The notes: a model not told the origin generated them from the sequence alone. 64,000 nucleotides of DNA from Phenylobacterium sp. (GCA_036383735.1 DASVNS010000240.1:8520-72519), one strand, 5' to 3'; shown: positions 19,782-30,556, counted from the first letter of the stretch. Made by a program: numbers and translations.

Positions 19782-20879
19782 TTAAAACCATGCACGCAGG
19801 CCCACGATGAACCGCGTGCTCCTCACGTCTTCCCCGTGGGCGCGCACGAAGTCCGCGGTGTCCCCGAACGCGCGCTCGTAGGAGACGCCGATGTAAGGGG
19901 CGAACTCCCGGCGGATCTCGTAGCGGAGCCGCAGGCCGAGCTCAGCTTTCGACAGGCCAGAGCCGATCTCGCTATCCGGGATGTCCTGGGCCGCGAACTC
20001 GAGTTCCGCCCGCGGCTGCAGGATGAGCCGCTGCGTCAGCCGGAAATCGTAGCTGCCCTCGAGTCGGGCCAGCACATCGCCCTTCTCGGACAGGAACAGC
20101 GACCCCTCGGCCTCGAACCAGTAGGGGAACATCGCGTCGACGGCGAGCGTAGCGTAGGCGCGCGACCGCGGCTCCAGGTCGTAGCGGATGCCGGCCTGCA
20201 CGTCGGTGTATCGGGCGACGGCGCGGGAATAGAGGAGCTGCACCTCGGCCGCCTCGACGCCTTCGCGCGATTGGCCCTCGCCCTCGGTCTTGAAGGCGAA
20301 CCGGTTGATGTCGCCGCCGTACCAGCCCTCGACCTCCCAGCTGTAGCGGTCGCCTTTCGGCGCCCACTCGAGCAGGTCCGCCTGGAGCTTCGAGGCGCGC
20401 GAGCCCCCGTGCTCGCGGGCGATGATCCCACGGGCTCGCTGCATTTGTCCGGGCTCAAACACCCGATCGGCGACATTGTCGGTGATCACGGCCGGCGCTG
20501 GCGCACTTCCGACCGGCAGATCCGCTCCGGTCTGTCCGCCATCCGTCGGCCCCATAGCATGGCCCGCATGCGGGTCGGCAGGGGTCGGCATGGCGTGTCC
20601 GGCGTGCGGATCGGCAGGCGTTGCCGGCTGGGCAGGCATCGCATGCCCAGCGTGGGGATCCGCGGGGGCCGCTGGCTTTTCGGCGGGCCGCGGGGGGCTC
20701 GCGGCGGGCGGCTTAGCCGGCATGGCGTGGCCCGCATGCGGATCCGCCGGCGCTTTCGGCGCGGCGGGAGCAGCTCGCTGCGCCGGCATTGTGTGACCGG
20801 CATGCGGATCGGCCGCCTGGGCGGCGGCCGCCGTCGCGGAACCAGCCAGCGCCAGCGCCAGGAGGGAGGTTCGGATCAT
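19782..20879 (-). CDS. copB: Outer-membrane copper resistance protein CopB/PcoB
   Basis: Five ADPHAGHxM repeats; [18 protein letters not shown]; terminal WF. Confidence 0.95.
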   Translation of the reverse strand: MIRTSLLALALAGSATAAAAQAADPHAGHTMPAQRAAPAAPKAPADPHAGHAMPAKPPAASPPRPAEKPAAPADPHAGHAMPAQPATPADPHAGHAMPTPADPHAGHAMGPTDGGQTGADLPVGSAPAPAVITDNVADRVFEPGQMQRARGIIAREHGGSRASKLQADLLEWAPKGDRYSWEVEGWYGGDINRFAFKTEGEGQSREGVEAAEVQLLYSRAVARYTDVQAGIRYDLEPRSRAYATLAVDAMFPYWFEAEGSLFLSEKGDVLARLEGSYDFRLTQRLILQPRAELEFAAQDIPDSEIGSGLSKAELGLRLRYEIRREFAPYIGVSYERAFGDTADFVRAHGEDVRSTRFIVGLRAWF

Positions 20880-22768
20880 GCCGCCGCTCCTTGGACCGGG
20901 CGCACCTTGAAGACCTGAAACATGCCGGCGTGCATGTGGTAGAGCATGTGGCAGTGGAAGGCCCAGTCGCCGCCTTCGGCGGTGAAGTCGAACGTCACCT
21001 TCCCGCCCGGGGCCACATTGACCGTGTGCTTGCGCGGCAGATGGCCGACGGGTCCGTGCACCAGCTCGAAGAAGTGTCCGTGCAGGTGGATCGGGTGGGT
21101 CATCATCGAGTCGTTGATCAGGGTGACGCGCACCCGCTCGCCAGCGCGGAAGGAATAGGCCGGCGGGTTCTCGCTGAACTTCCAGCCGTCGAAGCCCCAG
21201 ATGAACCGCTCCATGTTGCCGGTCAGATGGATGTCCAACGCCCGATCCGGCGACCTCGGATCGGGGTTCGGCTCCAGGGCGACCAGATCCTTGTAGACCA
21301 GGACGCGGTGCCCCACGCTTTCGAGCCCAAGGCCGGGATCGCCGGTGCGATCCATCGGCATGGGCGCGATCATCTGCACGCCCGGGCCCTTCTTGATCTG
21401 AGGGGCCTTCGACCAGTCCAGCATGTTCATCTTCATGCCGCCCATGTCGCCCATCACGTCCGAGCCGCGCTGGCGCGGCGGGGCCATGCCGGGCGGCGGC
21501 GTGCTGGACGCCATGCCGGCCATCGCGCCGTGATCCATGCCCGGCATGCTGGAGGGGTCCATGCCAGGCATCTGGGAATGGTCCATCCCCGTCATGGTCG
21601 AGTGATCCATCCCGGCCATGGCGCCGTGGCCGCCATGGGCCGACATGTCCATGCCCATATCCTTCATCGTCAGGAGCGGCCGCTCACGCAGCGGAGGCAC
21701 GGGCGCGCTCATCCCAGCGCGGGGCGCGAGAGTCGCCCGCCCCATGCCGGAGCGGTCGATCGACTCCGAGACGATCGTATAGGCCCGATCCTCGGTCGGC
21801 TGGACGATCACGTCGTAGGTCTCGGCATTGCCGATCTGAAACTCTTCCACCTCGACGGGGCGGACGTTCTGGCCGTCGGCGGCCACCACGGTGAGCTTGA
21901 GACCCGGAATGCGGACGTTGAAGATCATCTGCGCCGCGGTGTTGATGAACCGCAGACGCACCCGCTCCCCCGGCGTGAAGAGCCCGGTCCAATTGTCCTT
22001 CGGCCCGTGGCCGTTGACGAGGAAGGTCAACACCGCGCCGGTGACGTCGGAGATGTCCGTCGGATCCATGAGCATCTTGGCCCACTCCATCCGCTCGGCC
22101 AGGGTCTGATCCTTGCCGGCCAGCAGGCCGGCGATCGTCTGGCGCTGATAGTTGAACACCCCACCCTGCTGCTTCAGCCGCCGGAAGATCAGGTGGGGGT
22201 GCATCTCGCTGTGGTCGGCCAGCACGATGACGTGCTCGCGGTCGTAGGCCACCGGATCGGGCTTGGCCGGCTCGATGACGATGGGCGCGTAGTGCCCCTC
22301 GGCTTCCTGCAGGTCGGAGTGGCTGTGGTACCAATAGGTGCCCGACTGGATGATCGGGAACTCGTAGACGAAGGTCTCGCCGGGCGGGATTCCGGGAAAG
22401 CTGACCCCCGGAACGCCGTCCATCTGGAACGGAACGAGGAGGCCATGCCAGTGGATCGACGTATCCTCGTCGAGCGTGTTGGTGACGGCGATACGGACCC
22501 GCTGACCTTCCTTCAGGCGAATGAGCGGGCCAGGCACGGTGCCGTTGATGGTCACCGCATGGCGGCGCTTGCCGTCGATGGTGATCGGCGTGTGGCCGAT
22601 CGTCAGCTTGATGTCCTCGCCGGAAAGGGTGGGCAGGGTGGAAGGCACGCCAGGAGACGCGCTCATCGCCCAGCTCGGCAGGAGCGAGCTGATCGCCGCC
22701 CCGCCCCCAAGGATGGCCGCCCCCTTGATCAGGGCGCGGCGGTCAAGGACAGGTCTTGGCCTGGACAT
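20876..22768 (-). CDS. copA: Periplasmic multicopper oxidase CopA/PcoA
   Basis: Tat signal; [24 protein letters not shown]; Met/His-rich insert. Confidence 0.97.
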   Translation of the reverse strand: MSRPRPVLDRRALIKGAAILGGGAAISSLLPSWAMSASPGVPSTLPTLSGEDIKLTIGHTPITIDGKRRHAVTINGTVPGPLIRLKEGQRVRIAVTNTLDEDTSIHWHGLLVPFQMDGVPGVSFPGIPPGETFVYEFPIIQSGTYWYHSHSDLQEAEGHYAPIVIEPAKPDPVAYDREHVIVLADHSEMHPHLIFRRLKQQGGVFNYQRQTIAGLLAGKDQTLAERMEWAKMLMDPTDISDVTGAVLTFLVNGHGPKDNWTGLFTPGERVRLRFINTAAQMIFNVRIPGLKLTVVAADGQNVRPVEVEEFQIGNAETYDVIVQPTEDRAYTIVSESIDRSGMGRATLAPRAGMSAPVPPLRERPLLTMKDMGMDMSAHGGHGAMAGMDHSTMTGMDHSQMPGMDPSSMPGMDHGAMAGMASSTPPPGMAPPRQRGSDVMGDMGGMKMNMLDWSKAPQIKKGPGVQMIAPMPMDRTGDPGLGLESVGHRVLVYKDLVALEPNPDPRSPDRALDIHLTGNMERFIWGFDGWKFSENPPAYSFRAGERVRVTLINDSMMTHPIHLHGHFFELVHGPVGHLPRKHTVNVAPGGKVTFDFTAEGGDWAFHCHMLYHMHAGMFQVFKVRPVQGAAA

Positions 22769-22798
22769 TCAAAATCCTACGATCGAACAATCGGCAAG

Positions 22799-22829
22799 GT
22801 GATGGGGCTTCCCACGGTGGGAAGGTCAA
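22799..22829 (-). promoter_or_regulatory. CueR promoter for copAB
   Basis: TTGACC-TTCCCACCGTGGGAAGCCC(19)-CATCAC. Confidence 0.85.
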
Positions 22830-22888
22830 GCGCCCACCCCACACAAGCTCTACGCAACCGGCGCCGCCCGCCCCTGAACTTCCGAAAC

Positions 22889-23461
22889 TTAAATCGCCGA
22901 GCGGTCGAGAAGCTCCGCGAGCTGCTGACGCGCCCGATAGACGCGCGTCTCGATCGTCTTGACCGTCACGCCCAGGAGTGAGGCGGCTTCCTGCTGGGTG
23001 AGCTCGTCGAAATAGGTCAGGAGCAACGGCTCCTTGAGCTTGAGGGGCAGGCGGTCGATGGCCTTCTGGATGACGGCCCGACGCTGAGCCGAGAGGATGG
23101 ATTCCTCGCCGCCCGGCGCCGGGTCCGGCTGCGCCTGCGCCTCCGGCGATTGCTCGTCCTTCTCGCCGAGGATGAGGCGGCGCACGGCTAGGCGGCGGGC
23201 GCGGTCACGGCACTTGTTGAGCGCGATCGCCCGGAGCCACACAGGGAAGGCGCGGCGGCCATCGAACCGCGCGAGCGCTTTCCACGCCGCCACGAAGGTC
23301 TCCTGCACGACGTCGACAGCCGCGTCGGGCTCGCCGACATAGCGGCGCACGAAGCCGTAAAGGGACGGCTGATGCCGCCGCAAGAGGGTGGTGAACGCCC
23401 GATCCTCCCCGTCCCGCGCGCGCAGGACGAGTTCGGCGTCCGAGTCGTCCCCGACCGTCAC
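22889..23461 (-). CDS. ECF sigma factor (CnrH-like)
   Basis: DVVQETFVAAW, WLRAIALNKCRD, region 4 KTIETRVYRAR. Confidence 0.92.
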   Translation of the reverse strand: MTVGDDSDAELVLRARDGEDRAFTTLLRRHQPSLYGFVRRYVGEPDAAVDVVQETFVAAWKALARFDGRRAFPVWLRAIALNKCRDRARRLAVRRLILGEKDEQSPEAQAQPDPAPGGEESILSAQRRAVIQKAIDRLPLKLKEPLLLTYFDELTQQEAASLLGVTVKTIETRVYRARQQLAELLDRSAI

Positions 23462-23898
23462 GGCGCCTGTTCGGTGAGGGCCTCGGCGACGCGTTTATCG
23501 AACTGCGCGGCCTGTTCGGGCGTCAACACGGTGCGCATCGCCAGGACGTGCAGGATGGTTTCGTTTTGAAGGGCCCCCATGGCGTCGTGGAAACGGTCGA
23601 CCGCGGCCTTCACTTCGGGCGAATACTCATGACGCAGCTGAATGGCGCGAGCGAGCTCGGCGTTGGCGGCGCGCAGCTCGGCCTCCCGGGCCCGGCGGCG
23701 CACGGCGAAGTCTTGTTCGAGCACGTCCAGCCGCTTCCGTTGCTCGGCCGACAGCTTCAGCTTGTCATGGACAAACTCATGCAGCGACGGTTCGTGACGT
23801 TGCTCATAGATGTAGCGCGCGCCGATCCACGTCCCCCCCACGGCGGCGATGACCGTCAGCAGCAGGGTCAGGATGAATCCCCGGCTGAAGACGTTCAT
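23458..23898 (-). CDS. Periplasmic heavy-metal sensor (CnrX-like)
   Basis: TM anchor; LHEFVH, LQNETILHVLAMR.VLTPEQ. Confidence 0.85.
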   Translation of the reverse strand: MNVFSRGFILTLLLTVIAAVGGTWIGARYIYEQRHEPSLHEFVHDKLKLSAEQRKRLDVLEQDFAVRRRAREAELRAANAELARAIQLRHEYSPEVKAAVDRFHDAMGALQNETILHVLAMRTVLTPEQAAQFDKRVAEALTEQAP

Positions 23899-24191
23899 CC
23901 GTCGTGATCCAGCAGCGTCGACGGCGCCAGCTCCGCCTTGATCGAGAACGCCGACACTTCCTGCGTCTGAGCCGCCACGGCGGTCGCGGTCGCGCCGCCG
24001 CTGGCCACGCCCAAGCCCAGCGCGCCGACAATCGCTGCGGCTCGAGCCGCATAGAGCGTCGGGGCGGCCGCCCGCGCCTGGCGGACACGCTCGATGCCTT
24101 GCCAAATCCCGGCCTCCAGCCGCTGCTGATAGGCGGCGGGCATTGGCTCGGATCGAAGGCCCTTCAGTTCTTCATCAAGTCTGTCGTTCAT
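23895..24191 (-). CDS. Putative anti-sigma factor (CnrY-like)
   Basis: Short single-TM protein, first in the anti-sigma/sensor/sigma operon; ends LAPSTLL. Confidence 0.7.
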   Translation of the reverse strand: MNDRLDEELKGLRSEPMPAAYQQRLEAGIWQGIERVRQARAAAPTLYAARAAAIVGALGLGVASGGATATAVAAQTQEVSAFSIKAELAPSTLLDHDG

Positions 24192-24221
24192 CGCAACACC
24201 CCGACCATGTTCCACGAATCT

Positions 24222-24279
24222 ATACGCGGGCGCTGATGAGCGCCCCTCAATTGAGGGCCGGCCCCCCGGCCCTGCGTAT
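24222..24279. promoter_or_regulatory. Back-to-back ECF promoters
   Basis: GAGGG-N17-CGTAT on - (24248-24222) and + (24253-24279), sharing the palindrome CCCTCAATTGAGGG. Confidence 0.75.
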
Positions 24280-24312
24280 TCCCCATAGGCTTGGGGAAAC
24301 GGGGGCGCAGAT

Positions 24313-25485
24313 ATGGTTCGACGCGACAGGGAGGTCCGCGAGGCTGGACGCCCGTTCCCAGCCGATCTCCCGGCCCTGACCAGCGTTCGCTTCTTCCTCG
24401 CCTTGGGCGTGGTGCTCTTCCACTACCAGCTGCAATGGCCGTGGAACGCCATGGCGGACACCGGCTTCCTGGACCGCGCGCGCCTGGGCGTGGACGCCTT
24501 CTTCATCCTCTCGGGCTTTGTGCTGACGCACGCCTACCGCGATGCGATCGCAGGCCACCGGTTGAACTACAGGCGATTCCTGGTCGCCCGGTTCGCCCGG
24601 GTCTATCCGGCTCACTTGGCCGTGCTCGTCTTCGTGGTCGCCATGGTCACGGCGGCGAGCCTGATGGGCGCGCAGTTCGACCGCAATCTCTACAACCCTG
24701 TCGGCCTCATCACGACGCTTCTCCTCGTGCACGCGTGGCTTCCCGAGGTGATCAAGGCCGACTGGAATGGCCCCTCCTGGTCGCTGTCGGCGGAGTGGTT
24801 CGCCTACCTGGCCTTCCCCGCCTTTGCCTGGGTCGGCCTGAAGCTGCGGGACCGGCCGGTGCTGCTCTTGGCGCTGACCGCTCTCCTCTTCTTGGCTCTG
24901 GACCTGGTCTACCAAGCCGCCTTCGGCGATGTCGTCGTGCACGCTGAAGCGAGCATGGGCATCCTGCGGATCATCCCGGAGTTTCTTTACGGGGTGGCCC
25001 TCTACCGCTTGGGAGAACGGCTGCTGCCGACTCGGCGCACCGCCGTGCTGTTCGCCTGGGCGGCGACGATTCTTCTCGTCGTGCTGATGCATCTGAAGGC
25101 TGACGACCGCTGGGTGGTCGCCGCGGCTGGCCCGCTCATGCTGGCCCTGGCGCTCCTATCCAAGGTGCAGGCGGAAGGCTTCCTCAAGGCGCGCTGGCCC
25201 CGACTTGGCGGCGAAGCCTCTTACGCGCTTTATCTCGTCCATATGCCGATCCTCATCGCCTGGAAGGGCGTCTGGTCCGCCGTCCAGGGGCGCGACAGCC
25301 ATTATGTGCTCGCCTGGTGGGAGGTCGCGGCCCTTCTCGCCCTTTCGCTCTTGGCCGCCGTCGCCCTTCACCTCCTGTTCGAAGGCCCGGCGCGCGCCTG
25401 GATTCGACGCCGGGCGGATCGTCTTTGGCCGGACCCCGCGGCGCGCGGCCAGATGCGGCCCGGCTCCCAGCCGCCGGACGTTTAG
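24313..25485 (+). CDS. Acyltransferase-3 family membrane O-acyltransferase
   Basis: LTSVRFFLALGVVLFH, GVDAFFILSGFV, RFARVYP, WSLSAEW, GEASYALYLVH. Confidence 0.92.
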   Translation: MVRRDREVREAGRPFPADLPALTSVRFFLALGVVLFHYQLQWPWNAMADTGFLDRARLGVDAFFILSGFVLTHAYRDAIAGHRLNYRRFLVARFARVYPAHLAVLVFVVAMVTAASLMGAQFDRNLYNPVGLITTLLLVHAWLPEVIKADWNGPSWSLSAEWFAYLAFPAFAWVGLKLRDRPVLLLALTALLFLALDLVYQAAFGDVVVHAEASMGILRIIPEFLYGVALYRLGERLLPTRRTAVLFAWAATILLVVLMHLKADDRWVVAAAGPLMLALALLSKVQAEGFLKARWPRLGGEASYALYLVHMPILIAWKGVWSAVQGRDSHYVLAWWEVAALLALSLLAAVALHLLFEGPARAWIRRRADRLWPDPAARGQMRPGSQPPDV

Positions 25486-25598
25486 CCAGGGCGGTCCAGG
25501 CACCTCTGGCGGGTCGCGTCTCTCAGGTGTTCGCCGAGAGTCTCTGAACCAGTGGGCCGACCCCGGAGTTTTAACCGCGCGGCCGGAGGTCACCGGAC

Positions 25599-25742
25599 AT
25601 GATGAACTGCATGGCCATGATGGGCGGCCCGATAGGCGGTGTCATGATGGTCGCCGGCGGCGTGCTTTGGCTGCTGCTCGTGGCGCTCACCGTCCTGGGC
25701 ATCGCCGCCCTGGTGCGATACCTGCGCAGGCCCCCCGCTTGA
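25599..25742 (+). CDS. 47-aa Met-rich single-TM protein, not in the ORF track
   Basis: GGAGGT SD; MMNCMAMMGG..LGIAALVRYL. Confidence 0.7.
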   Translation: MMNCMAMMGGPIGGVMMVAGGVLWLLLVALTVLGIAALVRYLRRPPA

Positions 25743-25965
25743 GTGCCGGTCACGCTGAGCGCGGCCGCTCTAGCCATCGGGGAGAAGCGGTCGTCACCTG
25801 GCGGAACGCTGCCGCGTGATCGGCGTCGATCGGGAGGCCCGCCTCATCGGCTGGCGGAGGCCGAATGCAGGCGAAGGAGCTCGGAATACGCCGAACGGAG
25901 TTCGGGCGGCTGCCCGAGGCGAGGACGCGGAGCGGCGTTCACCGCCGCTCCGCCTCCGTGGTTCC

Positions 25966-26118
25966 TCAGCGACGGGGCTCGACTTGCGGAGCCGACAGTC
26001 CCGTTGTGAACTTCGAGTTGCCCGCCTTCCAAGCTGGGCTCGCGCTCGGATAACTTGAGCAGGCCATAAGACCGAGGCTCACGAGAGCGGCGGTCAACAA
26101 ATTCAGGGTCGTCTTCAT
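25966..26118 (-). CDS. 50-aa lipoprotein, not in the ORF track
   Basis: AGAGGA SD; MKTTLNLLTAALVSLGLMA-C lipobox. Confidence 0.6.
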   Translation of the reverse strand: MKTTLNLLTAALVSLGLMACSSYPSASPAWKAGNSKFTTGLSAPQVEPRR

Positions 26119-26208
26119 GGTTCGCTTCCTCTGATCCAGGCCGCGACACGGCTCGCGCCGCTCGCGGCGGCAGGCTCTGCGGCGGACCTGTGTCCGCCGG
26201 GGCTTGGA

Positions 26209-26511
26209 TCAGAGGGGAATGGGCGGTCGCAGCGGGGGGATAAGTCTCATGCCGCGAAGCCTGTGCGTCGGCGGGGCAAGCCACTGGTCTTCCAAAGCAG
26301 CGCCGTCGAGGCCGAGCACGGGGGTCGCGAGCAGCGCCGCCCCATTTGGGCAGTGGCAGGGAGAGGGCGGACCCAGGAGGTCACAGCTTCCCACATGGCA
26401 GGGGCAGTCGGCTGCATCAGGGGGACAGGGACACACCGCGCCGCTGGCCTGGAGGGGGGCGGCCACCGCCAGGGCGATCATCGCGGCCAACAGAATGCCG
26501 AGACGCCTCAT
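26209..26511 (-). CDS. Second CopL/DUF2946-like Cys-rich leader protein
   Basis: Signal peptide; CPC, CPCH, CHC; ends PPLRPPIPL; TGGTATAAT 6 nt before the ATG (leaderless). Confidence 0.7.
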   Translation of the reverse strand: MRRLGILLAAMIALAVAAPLQASGAVCPCPPDAADCPCHVGSCDLLGPPSPCHCPNGAALLATPVLGLDGAALEDQWLAPPTHRLRGMRLIPPLRPPIPL

Positions 26512-26564
26512 CCCTTCATTATACCACCAAGTGCGGGCGCAAGCGCGCCGCCTGTCGCATGCGC

Positions 26565-26942
26565 TTAGGGCTTCGGGGTGCGTCCGCCATGCTTGTCGAG
26601 CCAGGCCTGTAGCTCGGCGATCTCCTTGCGCTGCATCTCCACCGTCTTCTGCGCCATCTTCTTCGCCTCGGCGTCGTCGCCATGCTTCAGCACTGCCTCC
26701 GACATCGTGATTGCGCCCCTGTGGTGCTCGATCATCTTGAGCGCCCAGGCCCGATCAGGATCGGCGTCGTTGGCGGACATCATCTTCTGATGCATGTCCT
26801 GCATGCCCTTCATGTAGTCCTGCATGGCCATCTGGCCGTGCTGCATGCCGGCGTGGCCCTTCGGTTGGGCGCCGCTCTGCTGAGCGAGAGCCGGCGCGGC
26901 GAGCAGAGCGACCGCGGCCGTAAGAATGGCGATCGTTTTCAT
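26565..26942 (-). CDS. Secreted DUF305/CopM-like copper-binding protein
   Basis: Signal peptide; Met-rich; MIEHHRGAITMS, QRKEI. Confidence 0.88.
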   Translation of the reverse strand: MKTIAILTAAVALLAAPALAQQSGAQPKGHAGMQHGQMAMQDYMKGMQDMHQKMMSANDADPDRAWALKMIEHHRGAITMSEAVLKHGDDAEAKKMAQKTVEMQRKEIAELQAWLDKHGGRTPKP

Positions 26943-26960
26943 CTGGGGGTCCTTTTGCGA

Positions 26961-27362
26961 TCAGTGGAACGTCTGGAGGGCGGCCTGACAGGCCTGTTCG
27001 CACCGCCGACACGATTCGGCGCACACGCGGCAGTGCTCATGCATGCTGGCGTGACGCTCGCACTCCTCGCCGCAGAGGCGGCAAGCCTCTTCGCATGCGC
27101 GCAGCACGCTCTGGATGATCGGCTCGTTCGAGCCGGTGCGGCGCGAGGCGATGTGGCCCGCGGCCGAGCATAGGTCGGCGCAATCGAGGTTCAGGCGGAT
27201 GCACTGGGTCAGTTGCGCGACCGTCCCTTCGCCCAGACAGGCGTCGGCGCATGACGTGCAGCTCTGAGCGCAGTCGAAGCATTCCTCGATGCAGCGGATC
27301 AGGCTGTCATTGGTGTTTCCACGCACCTGGGGGTGCGTACGGATCATTTCCTGGGCGTGCAT
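26961..27362 (-). CDS. Four-helix-bundle copper storage protein (Csp3/DUF326)
   Basis: Many CxxC/CxxxC motifs (CIEECFDCAQSCTSCADAC, HCRVCAESCRRC); no signal peptide. Confidence 0.93.
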   Translation of the reverse strand: MHAQEMIRTHPQVRGNTNDSLIRCIEECFDCAQSCTSCADACLGEGTVAQLTQCIRLNLDCADLCSAAGHIASRRTGSNEPIIQSVLRACEEACRLCGEECERHASMHEHCRVCAESCRRCEQACQAALQTFH

Positions 27363-27395
27363 AGCCGTCCTCCATATGCGGGTGGATGGCCGCTG

Positions 27396-27420
27396 AACCC
27401 CTCCCCGAAGCGCCGGTTCC
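27396..27420 (-). promoter_or_regulatory. Possible EcfG/SigT general-stress promoter for csp3-DUF305
   Basis: GGAAC-N16-GGTT. Confidence 0.45.
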
Positions 27421-27553
27421 GGGTCGGGAAATAATCCGCAAAATATCCGCGGCGGATGAGGGATCGATCGCCTCAGTGCGTATTCAACACTGCTGCGCTT
27501 GATCTGGCGTCATACCCTATGAAGCGCCCCCTCTGCTTGCTCCGCCTCGGCGC

Positions 27554-27584
27554 TTGACCTTCCCACTGTTGGAACCTGCACTGT
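27554..27584 (+). promoter_or_regulatory. CueR promoter for the first ATPase
   Basis: TTGACC-TTCCCACTGTTGGAACCTG(19)-CACTGT. Confidence 0.8.
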
Positions 27585-27689
27585 CGGCGGCGACGCAAAC
27601 GGGACCCCGTCCGCCTTGCCGGACGTTCCGGTCGCGAAGCCGACTAGTCACCTTGATGTACGGCGGAGCCGCCGACGGGAGCTGTCCGC

Positions 27690-30071
27690 ATGCCCGAACA
27701 TTCGCAGACCCACGCTCATGCGGGAGGTGGCCCCGGCCACCATCATGATCGCCAGCCGGCGCACGCAGCTCCCATCCCCGCCGACAAGGTGAAGGACCCG
27801 GTCTGCGGCATGGTGGTCGACCCGGCCGCCACGCCGCACAAGATCAGCTTCGAAGGGCGGGAATACTTCTTCTGCTCCGAGGGCTGCGCCGCAAAGTTCC
27901 AGAAGGAGCCGAACCGGTATACGGCGAGCGCCCCGGTTCCGCACCCGCAGGCGCCGGCGGGGACGATCTACACCTGTCCCATGCACCCCCAGATCCGTCA
28001 GGTCGGGCCCGGTGCCTGCCCGATCTGCGGGATGGCCTTGGAGCCAGAGGTGGCGACCGCAGAGAGCGGCCCGAGCCCAGAGCTGACCGACATGACGCGC
28101 CGTTTCTGGGTTGGCCTGGTCCTCGCCCTGCCCGTGGTCGCCCTGGAGATGGGCGGCCATCTCACCGGCTTGACGATGCGGCTCGGCGGACAGACCTCCG
28201 CCTGGATCCAGCTCGCGCTGGCGACGCCGGTCGTGCTCTGGTCGGGCTGGCCGTTCTTCGAGCGCGGCGCCCGGTCGCTCGCGACCCGCAGCCTCAACAT
28301 GTTCACCCTGATCGCCATGGGCGTCGGCGTGGCCTGGCTCTACAGCGTCGTGGCCACCTTGCTCCCCCAGATCTTTCCAGCGGCCTTCCGTCGCGCGGAC
28401 GGTTCGGTTCCAATCTACTTCGAAGCGGCCGCCGTCATCACGGTCCTTGTGCTGCTGGGCCAGGTCCTGGAACTCCGCGCGAGAGAGCGGACCTCCGGCG
28501 CCATCAAAGCCCTGCTGGACCTCGCCCCGAAGACGGCGCGCCGCGTCACTTCGGACGGGACCGACGAGGAGGTCACCCTCGACCTCATCCTGGTCGGGGA
28601 TCGGCTGCGGGTGCGGCCCGGCGAAAAGGTGCCCGTCGATGGGGAGGTGCTCGAGGGGCGTGTGTCCATCGACGAATCCATGGTCACGGGCGAGTCCATG
28701 CCGGTCACCAAGGAGCCTGGCGCGAAGGTGGTCGGCGGCGCGATCAACAAGACCGGCTCCTTCGTCATGCGGGCGGAGAAGATCGGCGCGGACACGCTTC
28801 TCTCACAGATCGTCCAGATGGTGGCGCAGGCCCAGCGAAGCCGAGCGCCGATCCAGCGCATGGCCGATCAGGTGTCGGGCTGGTTCGTGCCCGCGGTCAT
28901 CGCCGTGGCGGCCATCGCCTTCGTCGTCTGGGCGCTCATCGGCCCTGATCCGCGGCTCGCCTTCGCGCTGGTGACGGCGGTCTCGGTCCTGATCATCGCC
29001 TGTCCGTGCGCGCTGGGCCTGGCCACGCCGATTTCCATCATGGTCGGCGTGGGGCGTGGCGCGCAGGCCGGCGTGCTAATCAAGAACGCCGAGGCGCTGG
29101 AGCGCTTCGAGAAGATCGACACCCTCGTGATCGACAAGACCGGCACCCTGACCGAAGGCCGGCCGGCGGTGACCGCGATCAAGCCGGCGCCGGGCCACGA
29201 CGAGGCCGAGGTGCTGCGGCTGGCCGCCAGTCTGGAGCGCGCCAGCGAACACCCGCTTGCGGACGCGATTGTCCGGGCAGCGGCGGACCGCCGGCTGACG
29301 CTGTCCCAGCCGTCCGAGTTCGACTCCCCCGTCGGCAAGGGCGTGCTCGGCCTGGTCGAGGGGCGCCGTCTGGCCATCGGATCGGGCAAGTTCCTCAAGG
29401 AGCAGGGCGTCGAGACCTCGGCGCTCGACGCGGAGGCCGATGCGCTGCGGGTCGACGGGGCCACGGCCATCTTCATGGCCGTGGATGGCCACGCCGCGGC
29501 GGTCTTCGCCATCGCAGACCCGATCAAGGCCACGACGCCGTCGGCCGTTCAGAGCCTGAAAGCGGAGGGGGTGCGCCTTGTCATGATGACCGGCGACAAC
29601 CGCACGACGGCACAGGCTGTGGCCCGCAAGCTCGGCATCGACGAGGTCGAAGCCGAAGTGCTCCCGCAGGACAAGGCGGCGGTCGTGGACAAATTCACGC
29701 GGGAGGGCCGCAAGGTCGCCATGGCCGGGGACGGCGTCAACGACGCGCCGGCGCTCGCGGCCGCCGAGGTTGGGATCGCCATGGGGGCCGGGGCCGACGT
29801 GGCCATCGAGAGCGCCGGCGTGACCCTTCTGAAGGGCGACCTGGAAGGGATCGTCAGGGCGCGGCGGCTCTCGCGCGCGGTGATGCGCAACATCCGCGAG
29901 AACCTGTTCTTCGCGTTCGCCTACAACGTCGCCGGCATCCCGGTCGCCGCTGGGGTGCTCTACCCGCTGACGGGCTGGCTCTTGTCTCCGGCGATCGCCG
30001 CCGCGGCCATGGCCCTGTCGAGCGTGAGCGTCGTAGGCAACGCCCTGCGGCTTCGCGGGGTGCGTCTCTAG
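27690..30071 (+). CDS. Cu(I)/Ag(I) P1B-type ATPase with His-rich, YHS and HMBD N-terminus
   Basis: KDPVCGM, YTCPMHP, TGE, CPC, DKTGT, GDGVND, YN/MALSS. Confidence 0.96.
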   Translation: MPEHSQTHAHAGGGPGHHHDRQPAHAAPIPADKVKDPVCGMVVDPAATPHKISFEGREYFFCSEGCAAKFQKEPNRYTASAPVPHPQAPAGTIYTCPMHPQIRQVGPGACPICGMALEPEVATAESGPSPELTDMTRRFWVGLVLALPVVALEMGGHLTGLTMRLGGQTSAWIQLALATPVVLWSGWPFFERGARSLATRSLNMFTLIAMGVGVAWLYSVVATLLPQIFPAAFRRADGSVPIYFEAAAVITVLVLLGQVLELRARERTSGAIKALLDLAPKTARRVTSDGTDEEVTLDLILVGDRLRVRPGEKVPVDGEVLEGRVSIDESMVTGESMPVTKEPGAKVVGGAINKTGSFVMRAEKIGADTLLSQIVQMVAQAQRSRAPIQRMADQVSGWFVPAVIAVAAIAFVVWALIGPDPRLAFALVTAVSVLIIACPCALGLATPISIMVGVGRGAQAGVLIKNAEALERFEKIDTLVIDKTGTLTEGRPAVTAIKPAPGHDEAEVLRLAASLERASEHPLADAIVRAAADRRLTLSQPSEFDSPVGKGVLGLVEGRRLAIGSGKFLKEQGVETSALDAEADALRVDGATAIFMAVDGHAAAVFAIADPIKATTPSAVQSLKAEGVRLVMMTGDNRTTAQAVARKLGIDEVEAEVLPQDKAAVVDKFTREGRKVAMAGDGVNDAPALAAAEVGIAMGAGADVAIESAGVTLLKGDLEGIVRARRLSRAVMRNIRENLFFAFAYNVAGIPVAAGVLYPLTGWLLSPAIAAAAMALSSVSVVGNALRLRGVRL

Positions 30072-30220
30072 AAGCAACCCCGTTGCGCCAGCCGCGTCCG
30101 GCGCGCCTGGTCGCGTTCTGTACGCAGCGTTCAGGCGGGGTTCAGGCCACAGGCTGAAGCTGGTGGCGAGGGGGTGACTGCGGGCGCCGCTCGGCCCGCC
30201 ACAACGAACCGGAGATCCGG

Positions 30221-30556
30221 ATGAAGAAGCTCCTCCTCGCAGCCGCCGTGCTGGCCCTGTCGGCCCCCGCGGCTGCGGCGTTCGCGGACGACGACGATCA
30301 CCGCTGGCGCAGCCACCGCAGCGACCATCGGGAACACCGCCAATACCATCGCGACGTGAACGGGGATCACCGCGAGGCGCACCGCGACGGCTTCTATAGC
30401 CGCCGCGAGCACCGCGAGTATCATCGCGACAATCGGGCCGATCATCGTGACTTCCACGACGAACACCCGGGCACCCGACACGATCACCGCCAAAGCTATC
30501 GCAGCTACGACTACGCCCCCAGCTATGGCTACGGTGGATCGTATCGACGCTGGTAG
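30221..30556 (+). CDS. Secreted His/Arg/Asp-rich protein
   Basis: GGAG SD; signal peptide AFA-DD; repeated HxxxH units. Confidence 0.8.
   Translation: MKKLLLAAAVLALSAPAAAAFADDDDHRWRSHRSDHREHRQYHRDVNGDHREAHRDGFYSRREHREYHRDNRADHRDFHDEHPGTRHDHRQSYRSYDYAPSYGYGGSYRRW

Noticed and set aside
20550-21670. Tandem repeats in copB and copA
   Set aside because: They encode known His/Met metal-binding repeats (ADPHAGHxM, MDHxxM), not independent DNA elements
27511-27535. ATACCC as a CsoR/RcnR operator
   Set aside because: Only a half-site, and no csoR gene in the window
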